DNA of 32,006 nt. It comes from Cyclobacteriaceae bacterium. GTDB taxonomy: Bacteria > Bacteroidota > Bacteroidia > Cytophagales > Cyclobacteriaceae. Position 1 is the stretch's first letter. Every line of letters begins with the position of its first letter. Both the position numbers and the translations under genes were made by a program. This document shows, in pieces, positions 18,002-25,451 of this stretch. The notes beneath the pieces are model-generated. The model made no database searches and was not told the DNA's origin. It was given only the letters and a program-made list of their open reading frames with translations. The stretch is taken from the NCBI GenBank assembly GCA_035764995.1, contig DASTYM010000445.1, forward strand, positions 1 to 32,006. The letters are read 5' to 3'.

Positions 18002-19909
18002 TTATTTGGCTTTGGTAATGACAATCTGGTCGTTATAAATTTCTTTCAGTTCTTTGATACATTCGTTCCATACGGAGAATCGCTTCTTTTTTACGATTCC
18101 ACCCTTTACCACAATTTCGTTCTGGTAATGTACTTCGTTGCCAACTTGTTTGAACGTTACGTTAAAAGCAAAGTCGTCATACACTTTGCTCATGTTTTTG
18201 GGCACGTGTGAAACCTTGTAGCCGGGTGGTACTTTGAATTTTTTGATTGTTTTTGTTTTTACTTTCCGGTTGAAATAGAAATCCGTTACGCGGTCATCTT
18301 CCATTTTATGGTTCTGATACATCTTGGCCCAGTCGATGTCGATGTAAATATCATTATTGAACTTCGACACTTTATTGCCCAGCACAAACTTGTATTTTAC
18401 ATTCAGCGGGTTCTCGCGGTCAATGGCCGGTGCCTGGGTAACTTCTACTTTGTCGGTATTGGAATAGTCGCTAACCGCTAACGTGCTAAACAGTTTCTTT
18501 TGATCTTCGTTGCGTACGTTGGTAGAAAAGTATAACACGCTCTTCTTGGCTTCACCATTCATCACCAGTTCCCCCTCTCCTTTCAGTGTTTCATTTTCAA
18601 GCACCAGCGTCTCTGAACGATCAATGCTGTTTGCTTTCTCATCCGCCACCGGCACAAACTTCCGGATAAATTTAGGCCCATCTTCAATGAGCATTTCCTT
18701 TCCCTGAATGCGCTCTGCATTTTTGCCGAGGGCAATGTATTTTTCGGTCGAATCCAGTATGTAGAACTTGTCGTTGATGAATACAGTACAAATCATGTGG
18801 TTGTCGACACTGAGGGAAGGAATATCGTAGGTGTACGGGATGCGATTCGTTCCAATCCAGGTGAGGCGTGCATCAAACCCGGCAAGTTTCAGCATCTCTT
18901 TGGTGAGGTTAGCCATACCTTTACAATCTCCATAGCGATTCTGGTATACGGCCTGCGCTGTTTCTGGTCTGAATCCTGCGATGCCATCTTCAAAGGCGAT
19001 GTATTTTATGTTATCCTGAATCCAGTAGTAAATCGCGCGCATTTTTTCTTCGGAAGTTTTCGCGTTAGCTGTGAGACGTTCCACTTCCTGTTTCAATACT
19101 GCAGGATCATTGGAAACCTGCTTTACCAGATTTGAGTACCAGTCGTACAAATCGTTCACGGAAGACAATACATTCTTTTTTCCAGATGATGTTGTAAACT
19201 CTTTTGTGAGTACGATAATATGAGGATAATAGTAGAGTGCTCCCAATGAATTATCCTCATTTTTTTGTGCCTCGAGTCGTTTTGCCTTAAAGGTGTAAAC
19301 TGTTTTCGTGCCAAGCGTTGTCTTGTTTTTTGTAATATCGAAGCCTTCAAAATTCTTTTCAACAAGTTCGATGTTGATGTTCGCAGGTACCTCAACGGTG
19401 ATCTCCCTGTTTTCTATCGGTCGGCTGTCGTGAAAGAAGAGATAGGTCAGGTATTTGGGATCATCGTACTTTACCTTTGAGTTCAGCGTAATCTCAGATC
19501 CTTCATAGAGGAAGTTCATTAAATAAGAGCACACTTTTGAGTCTGAATAAAAAATATCACCCACTTCGTAGTTGCCACACGCGGTTTGAGGCCTGATGGT
19601 TTTTCCTGTGGTAGTATGCTTGGCGCTAAAATCTTCTATTTTTATGTGGTCATTATAATAAACGTGCTCAACATGATCATAATTTCCTTCCAGCGCGATG
19701 AGGTCATGCTTTTCCTCGTTGACTACATTTACTTTTTCGCCCGAAACTGAGAAGGTGTAGCCTGAGGTGTAGGTACTGGCCACTACTTTGGCCTTTTTAT
19801 TCTGCGGATAGGTTTTAAAGAGTTTGGCTTTTTCAACATTGGTGTTTTTTTGTGCTGTCACTGTTATGGAACACAGGATAGCCAGGAAAAACAGGAATGA
19901 ATATTTCAT
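18002..19909 (-). CDS. DUF3857 domain + transglutaminase-like cysteine protease core + DUF3858
   Basis: Signal peptide. Transglutaminase core RYGDCKGMANLTKEMLKLAGFDARLTWI...VDNHMICTVF...YILDSTE (Cys-His-Asp). Confidence 0.8.
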   Translation of the reverse strand: MKYSFLFFLAILCSITVTAQKNTNVEKAKLFKTYPQNKKAKVVASTYTSGYTFSVSGEKVNVVNEEKHDLIALEGNYDHVEHVYYNDHIKIEDFSAKHTTTGKTIRPQTACGNYEVGDIFYSDSKVCSYLMNFLYEGSEITLNSKVKYDDPKYLTYLFFHDSRPIENREITVEVPANINIELVEKNFEGFDITKNKTTLGTKTVYTFKAKRLEAQKNEDNSLGALYYYPHIIVLTKEFTTSSGKKNVLSSVNDLYDWYSNLVKQVSNDPAVLKQEVERLTANAKTSEEKMRAIYYWIQDNIKYIAFEDGIAGFRPETAQAVYQNRYGDCKGMANLTKEMLKLAGFDARLTWIGTNRIPYTYDIPSLSVDNHMICTVFINDKFYILDSTEKYIALGKNAERIQGKEMLIEDGPKFIRKFVPVADEKANSIDRSETLVLENETLKGEGELVMNGEAKKSVLYFSTNVRNEDQKKLFSTLAVSDYSNTDKVEVTQAPAIDRENPLNVKYKFVLGNKVSKFNNDIYIDIDWAKMYQNHKMEDDRVTDFYFNRKVKTKTIKKFKVPPGYKVSHVPKNMSKVYDDFAFNVTFKQVGNEVHYQNEIVVKGGIVKKKRFSVWNECIKELKEIYNDQIVITKAK

Positions 19910-20242
19910 AGGGGCCTCGAAATTTTAGCTATTGGGTTACAAATAAAGCAGATATCGACCACAAAAGAACCAAACCTTTTGGATTCAGTTTTGTCAGAAA
20001 TAACGAATTTCTTACAGCGGGGGTGGTTTTATTTAAAAATTGGTTTTACAATAGGCCAAAGGGACTATTTGGGCTTAAAGCTCTCTCAGGACACCATTTT
20101 AATGAGGACAACAATAGAGCTTCAAGCTTTTTGAGCTTCGAATTGCTAGCCCGAGCTTTGCATACTGCCTAATGCCTACTGCCTACTATATTTATTTGAG
20201 CTTAAAGTCTCAAGCCTCAAGTTGCAAGCTCTCTCGCGGCAT

Positions 20243-20298
20243 GTCATTGCGGGCTGCTGATGTAGTGGCAGTGCGCGTGAACCGCAATCTATTCGGAG
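20243..20298 (+). repeat. REP-like hairpin element (T-type stem)
   Basis: gtcatTgcggG...AccgcAatctattcggagaa (one stem mismatch). Confidence 0.65.
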
Positions 20299-20340
20299 AA
20301 TTCGCTACATGAGGTTTTTCCTGGGTCAATTGGTTTAACT

Positions 20341-20348
20341 TACTTTTG
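20341..20348 (+). promoter_or_regulatory. Bacteroidota -7 promoter box TActTTTG
   Basis: TAnnTTTG 26 nt upstream of the greB ATG. Confidence 0.4.
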
Positions 20349-20374
20349 CCATTTTCAGCGCACCGAGCATAACC

Positions 20375-20878
20375 ATGAAATCACTCTTAATCACTCCCGA
20401 AGGTCTTGAAAAACTAAAAGCCGAGCTCGATCACCTGTGGCGGGTAGAGCGGCCGGAGACAACCCAAAAGGTTTCGTGGGCTGCAAGCCTTGGTGATCGT
20501 TCTGAAAATGCAGATTATACCTACAATAAAAGACGCTTGCGCGAAATTGACAGACGCATCCTTTATTTGCGCAAGTGTATCGACAACCTGAAAGTGGTCA
20601 GCTACTCTCCTTTCCAGGAAGGCAAAGTGATGTTTGGTGCCTGGGTGGAAATCGAATCCCGTCCCGATAACCATCAGGGGCCATCGCGAGACAAAAGCAT
20701 GAAAAACCGTTTCCGCATTGTTGGGTCTGAAGAACTTATTGGCGCAAAAGATTACATCTCTGTTGACTCTCCCATGGCCATCGCGCTGATGAAAAAGGAA
20801 GTGGGCGATGAAGCGATTGTGAAGACTCCTACACGGGATTTTGTTTGGAGGATTACGAAGATTGAATATCAGAAATAG
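20375..20878 (+). CDS. greB: transcript cleavage factor GreB
   Basis: ITPEGLEKLKAELDHLWRVERPETTQKVSWAASLGDRSENADYTYNKRRLREIDRRILYLRKCIDNLKVV closely follows E. coli GreB as I remember it, including AASLGDRSENADY. Confidence 0.9.
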   Translation: MKSLLITPEGLEKLKAELDHLWRVERPETTQKVSWAASLGDRSENADYTYNKRRLREIDRRILYLRKCIDNLKVVSYSPFQEGKVMFGAWVEIESRPDNHQGPSRDKSMKNRFRIVGSEELIGAKDYISVDSPMAIALMKKEVGDEAIVKTPTRDFVWRITKIEYQK

Positions 20879-20992
20879 ATTAGTCCATAGTCAATAGATT
20901 AGTCCATAGTCATTAGTACATAGTACCTGGTACTTAATAACAAAGACTAATGACTAAAGACTAAGGACTAATGACTAAGTACTAATGACTAG
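20879..20992. repeat. long imperfect low-complexity palindrome (tagtc-rich arm / gacta-rich arm)
   Basis: Left arm has tagattagtccatagtca twice. Right arm has gactaatgacta-like units three times, the reverse complement of the left-arm words. Centre at gtacctggtac. Confidence 0.6.
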
Positions 20993-21054
20993 CCTTCTCG
21001 TTGTGTTCATCTAATTTAAGTTCTAATTTAGACTGCACTTTTAATCCATCCATT

Positions 21055-21639
21055 ATGAAATACCTCAGCTTACTATTTTTCATTGTCCTGTTTGGCGAAG
21101 TAATGGCTCAAATTCCATCTGCAGAAATACAGATCAAAACGGCCACGCTTGCAGCACCTGAAGATAAACGGGCAGAAGCGATGGTTTATGGATACAATGC
21201 AAAAGGCGAATTTGTAGTGCTGCGAAAAGGTAGCAATGAATTGGTTTGCCTTGCCGATAATCCAAATCAAAGTGGATTCAGCGTGTCATGCTACCACAAA
21301 GACCTGGAACCTTTCATGGCGCGAGGGAGAGAATTAAAAGCAGCAGGAAAATCCTTTCAGGAAATATTTGACATTCGAGAGGCTGAAGCCAAGTCAGGAA
21401 AACTTGTTATGCCGAAGCAAGCCTCTAATTTACAAGTCTACTCTGCTCCTGCAGAAGCATACAACGCTACAACCGGTGAAGTGACGAAAGGTAATTTCAG
21501 ATATGTCGTTTATATTCCGTGGGCAACTGCAGCCAGCACCGGACTTCCAACAAAACCCGAAGCTCCAGGCATGCCATGGATCATGGATCCGGGAACACAT
21601 CGTGCGCACATCATGATTGATCCGCCTACGAAGAATTGA
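21055..21639 (+). CDS. hypothetical secreted protein
   Basis: The ATG at 21055 gives signal peptide MKYLSLLFFIVLFGEVMAQ; the track ORF begins at an upstream TTG. No recognised domain. Confidence 0.45.
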   Translation: MKYLSLLFFIVLFGEVMAQIPSAEIQIKTATLAAPEDKRAEAMVYGYNAKGEFVVLRKGSNELVCLADNPNQSGFSVSCYHKDLEPFMARGRELKAAGKSFQEIFDIREAEAKSGKLVMPKQASNLQVYSAPAEAYNATTGEVTKGNFRYVVYIPWATAASTGLPTKPEAPGMPWIMDPGTHRAHIMIDPPTKN

Positions 21640-21692
21640 GTCAGAATTTACCGGATTTTAGAATTTTCAGAATTAGTCCTCTCTCCTTACGT

Positions 21693-21764
21693 GTCATTGC
21701 GGGCAGCGGAGGGGGTGGTCCCGATAGCTATCGGGAGTGCGTGACCCGCAATCTTTTCGGAGAA
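21693..21764 (+). repeat. REP-like hairpin element (T-type stem) with nested perfect palindrome
   Basis: gtcatTgcggG...CccgcAatcttttcggagaag. The loop carries the perfect 18-nt palindrome tcccgatagctatcggga (21719-21736). Confidence 0.7.
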
Positions 21765-21859
21765 GTCGGTATTACAAAATAGAATAACCCAAAGATTACA
21801 TTTTTATTATCAATGGATTACAGGGAAATATTCCGTATTGCGATATGCAATAATTGCTG

Positions 21860-22075
21860 TTACCCCTTAAACAACTCTATCAACGGCTCTTCCAGGGCAT
21901 TGGCTACTTCATTCAGAGTATAGAGTGTAGGATTGGTGTTTCCGCTTTCTAAGCGTTCGATGCTTTGACGATCTTTGATGCAGGCGCGGGCAAGATCTGA
22001 TTGCGTCCACCCCTTTTTCTTACGAAGGTAAACGATTCGCTTTCCAATTTTCTTGGCCAGTTCTTGTTTTTTCAA
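21860..22075 (-). CDS. XRE-family (Cro/CI-type) HTH regulator
   Basis: 71 aa, TTG start. IGKRIVYLRKKKGWTQSDLARACIKDRQSIERLESGNTNPTLYTLNEVANAL is a textbook HTH_3 pattern. Confidence 0.8.
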   Translation of the reverse strand: MKKQELAKKIGKRIVYLRKKKGWTQSDLARACIKDRQSIERLESGNTNPTLYTLNEVANALEEPLIELFKG

Positions 22076-22326
22076 ATCGATCCTGTTTTTCTAAATGAAA
22101 GTTCAGCTATGCAGTAAAAAAAAGTGTCACCATATATGCTGCATGTGCATTTAGAATGCTATCTTCACACCAACATTCAAGAGATTGGATTAAGAAAAGA
22201 ACTCAATTCTTTAAGACGGTTAAAAAATCCTTCCAGAATCCCCTACCGTGTGTAGGATTTCATTCCCCAACTAAAACTTAAAGGCTTAGGGCAAGGGCAT
22301 CTCAGGGGTTTGATGCTGGATTTTTG

Positions 22327-22391
22327 GAGGGGTTGGGTGAATGAGCCCTTCACCTTGTCTGCCGGGCAGGCGGACCCCCCTCCTATTTTTA
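22327..22391 (+). other. GC-rich compound stem-loop followed by a T-run (candidate terminator or small-RNA 3' end; possible boundary of the low-GC block)
   Basis: Closing stem ggagggg (22327-33) / cccctcc (22377-83) encloses two hairpins: ggtgaa-tgagccc-ttcacc (22336-54) and gtctgc-cgg-gcaggc (22357-71). It is followed by tattttta on the + strand. Confidence 0.3.
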
Positions 22392-22416
22392 ATGACCAAC
22401 TTGTCCCGACAAAATA

Positions 22417-23411
22417 TCAGTTAAATATGTTGAATCTAACTTTGTAGTGATAGGACAAGTATTCATTTCCTAAATCTTTTCTTCGGTATGCTAACGGTTG
22501 ATTATGAAATGGATTTTTATCGTCTATATGTTCAATTAAATTATTTGATGGATTTATCGCTATTGACCCGTAATCAAATTCTGTGTGATGAGTGGGACAA
22601 AGAATAATTATATTTTCCCTCACATCAGGGCCTTGATGTTCTCCCCCTAAGGGCTGAAGATGATGCCCTTCTGAATAGTAACCTGTATTCGGAAGTAAAA
22701 TATTGCTGCCACAAATCTGACACATCCAATTATTCTCCTTCTTGATATTCCTACTAAGCTCGGTATCTCTTATTATTCTTGATACGATTGTATCAACTCG
22801 ACCTGGAGGATTATAGTCGGGATTTTGGGGTTCATTTAAAGTTGGAATAATTTCCTGACTACCAAACACCGGATTAAATCTAAATGTATCGGACCAATCG
22901 CTGAACAAACGATAAAGGTCTCCAGAACATCTTGCGATATATCTTTGGGCAACTCTTAGTTGCTTTTCTTTACCATATTCATTAAAAAAGAATTTAGTTG
23001 ACCCTTTCGTATTTTTCTCAATGAATGATCATAGGATTTAAAAAAATCCGTGACGAGAGCAGGTTGACTCAGCCTTACAAAATTTATCAAATTTATTCTC
23101 TGATATGGACCCATTTTGTTCCAATTATCCGGATGCGGGGGAGCAAATGAACTCTCAAGCAAAGTAGAACTGACGATAGAGACCCCATACCAATGATATT
23201 GATCATTTACGTCAACAAGATGAATTATTAAATCTCCATGACTTATCTGACTCATTATTCTCCATGCTCGAGCCCGTTTTTTATCCCAAACAGGGCTCCA
23301 TAAACATGTCCCCAATTCCCAACCAGTACCACCATGCCTTGGGTTGGTTATTTCGATAAACACACTTTGTCCGTAGTTTAATTCTGGTAACAAGCTGTGG
23401 AGTTTTAGCAA
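22417..23411 (-). pseudogene. reader-like (PUA/EVE-type?) domain + HNH endonuclease, interrupted by a 1-nt frameshift
   Basis: ORFs 23411-22956 (TTG start) and 22908-22417 are in different frames. The second frame is open upstream to 23028 and reads SFIEKNTKGSTKFFFNEYGKEKQLRVAQRYIARCSGDLYRLFSDW.., overlapping the end of the first. C-terminal HNH finger: CQICGS...EGHHLQPLGG...ENIIILCPTHHTEFDYG. Confidence 0.6.
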
Positions 23412-23613
23412 TATTACTTAACTACCCCTTGATAAAGACTTTTTTGTAAAAAAATTCTTGATTCTCCGACTTTCATGACCTTGCAGCGATTGGTCATTTC
23501 TCTAGTAATTGATTTTTGGTCCTTATTTATTAGATTTAAACTAGGAGCCCGTTTTTGCATAGCCGTGTGCTATGCGACATTGATTCATTCGAAATAGCCA
23601 GCCTATCCCCAAA

Positions 23614-25440
23614 ATGGCAAGTCACTACAAAATTCAAAAAAAGTGGATCGACAACTTCACCAAAAGTCCATTCGTAAATAGATCCACTGGAAAATTTAAA
23701 AAGGAAATAGCGATACAATGTTTTCACGGCAAAAGCGAAGATGCCTACGATGCTTCGTACCCCGAAAACTTCGATAACTTTTACAACACACATTATTTAC
23801 TGGGAAGATTAGAAGCTGTCGAAATAACCTTGAAATTTCTTCATTTCATTGGAATAAAACTTAACAAGCATGCTTTGGTATCTCACTTGGAAACCTTTCC
23901 GGATGAGTACCACAAAGTTTTGAAGAAGTGCTACTACCTATTTAGAACAATGACTAATTACAATGAAACACTAGACATTCATAATCCATATCACGACAAT
24001 TATTGGGATATTCAATACTTCATTAAAATCGAGTCAGGTCAAACTCAACTTGCGATCTTTCACGATGCTGATTTACCCGAGCTCTACAATAAAGTCCTAA
24101 AACTCCCTGACGGTTATGATAGCGATGAAGTAATCACAGAGCTTTTTAAGGATATCGAAAACTCCAATGATAGCTTCTTCATAACAGGTAAAGCTGGGAC
24201 TGGTAAATCGACCTTCATTCATTACTTTACTCAAAAGACCTCAAAGAAAGTTCTTTTAACAGCATTTACAGGTATAGCAGCCATAAATGTTGGTGGAGTA
24301 ACAATCCATTCCTTTTTCAAATTTCCACTTCGCTCTTTATTGCCGGGTGACGAAGAAATTAAAATCTTTCACGAGGATGACCAACGGAGAAAAATTATTA
24401 CTGAAATCGACACAATTATAATCGATGAAATTTCTATGCTCAGGGCCGATTTACTTGAGGCAATTGACTACTCGCTTAGAAAAAATGGAGGTGACGCGGG
24501 AATGCCTTTTGGAGGGAAGCAAATTTTATTCGTGGGAGACCTCTTTCAACTGCCCCCTGTAACTGATTCATCTGAGGTCGATAGATTTATATTCAAGGAG
24601 ATTTTCAACAGTCCCTATTTTTTTGATTCCCGGGCTTACAACGAGCTCAATCCTAAATTCTTTGAATTTAAGAAACCAAAAAGGCAGAAAGATGACTTGG
24701 AATTTGTTAAGCTACTGGACTCAGTGAGGGTTTGCGAGATCAGTGATTCAAATCTTGATAAACTCAACCAACAGGTGAATCCTAATTACGTACCGGACTC
24801 TAAAGATTTTGTCATTACCCTCACCGTAAACAATGCAATCGCCAATGAGGTGAATGAACACAGATTAAATGAACTTCCTTTCACAAAGCACATTTTTAAT
24901 GCAGACATAAAGGGCGAGTTTGATGAAAATCGATTTGCGACAAGTCCATTGCTAGAGCTAAAACAAAAAGCGCAGGTCATTTTCATAAAAAATGACTCCA
25001 CTGGTCAAAAACGCTGGGTCAATGGAACAATTGGAAAAATTGAGTTCATCACCGATGACATGATCGAAGTAATGCTTCCCGATAAAAGCGTTCACGAGAT
25101 AACGCGTGAAACGTGGGAGTTCCGAGGTTATAAATACGATAAATCAAAAAGAAAGGTCACATCGGAAGTAAAGGGTACGTTTACGCAATTCCCAATTAGG
25201 TTAGCTTGGGCTATAACGATTCATAAAAGTCAGGGTCTGACTTTCGACAAAGTAGTAGTCGACTTAGGCTCAGGAACATTTGTGAACGGACAGCTTTATA
25301 CAGCATTAAGTCGTTGCCGAAAATTGGATGGGCTAATTTTAAAACGAAAAATAAAACAACAGGATGTTATTCACGATAAGCGATTAATAGAATTCTATAA
25401 TTCTTTACTTAGCTCCACCAACAACACTAACCAATCATAG
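23614..25440 (+). CDS. Pif1/RecD-family SF1B DNA helicase with an unassigned N-terminal domain of about 185 aa
   Basis: Walker A ITGKAGTGKST; motif Ia LLTAFTGIAAINVGGVTIHSFF; Pif1 signature block IIIDEISMLRADLLEAIDYSLRKNGGDAGMPFGGKQILFVGDLFQLPPV; motif VI AWAITIHKSQGLTFDKVVVDL. Confidence 0.85.
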   Translation: MASHYKIQKKWIDNFTKSPFVNRSTGKFKKEIAIQCFHGKSEDAYDASYPENFDNFYNTHYLLGRLEAVEITLKFLHFIGIKLNKHALVSHLETFPDEYHKVLKKCYYLFRTMTNYNETLDIHNPYHDNYWDIQYFIKIESGQTQLAIFHDADLPELYNKVLKLPDGYDSDEVITELFKDIENSNDSFFITGKAGTGKSTFIHYFTQKTSKKVLLTAFTGIAAINVGGVTIHSFFKFPLRSLLPGDEEIKIFHEDDQRRKIITEIDTIIIDEISMLRADLLEAIDYSLRKNGGDAGMPFGGKQILFVGDLFQLPPVTDSSEVDRFIFKEIFNSPYFFDSRAYNELNPKFFEFKKPKRQKDDLEFVKLLDSVRVCEISDSNLDKLNQQVNPNYVPDSKDFVITLTVNNAIANEVNEHRLNELPFTKHIFNADIKGEFDENRFATSPLLELKQKAQVIFIKNDSTGQKRWVNGTIGKIEFITDDMIEVMLPDKSVHEITRETWEFRGYKYDKSKRKVTSEVKGTFTQFPIRLAWAITIHKSQGLTFDKVVVDLGSGTFVNGQLYTALSRCRKLDGLILKRKIKQQDVIHDKRLIEFYNSLLSSTNNTNQS

Positions 25441-25451
25441 AATTGCACCAT

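Noticed and set aside
10464-21764. Possibility that the repeated hairpin elements are a CRISPR array
   Set aside because: The copies are dispersed over 11 kb between unrelated genes, spacing is irregular, orientation varies, the repeats are not identical, and no cas genes are present.
22095-22154. 19-codon Cys/His-rich micro-ORF MKVQLCSKKKCHHICCMCI divergent from the XRE gene
   Set aside because: Its ATG is only 19 nt from the XRE start codon, leaving no room for two promoters. It is short enough to arise by chance in AT-rich spacer and no signal or leader features are present. It is kept only as a note within the 22076-22416 finding.
23008-23019. Programmed -1 ribosomal frameshift at the A-run in the nuclease mRNA
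   Set aside because: The sequence (a aaa ata in the zero frame) is not a canonical X XXY YYZ slippery heptamer, because the A-site codon would not re-pair. No obvious downstream stimulatory structure was seen. A mutation or a homopolymer sequencing error is more parsimonious.
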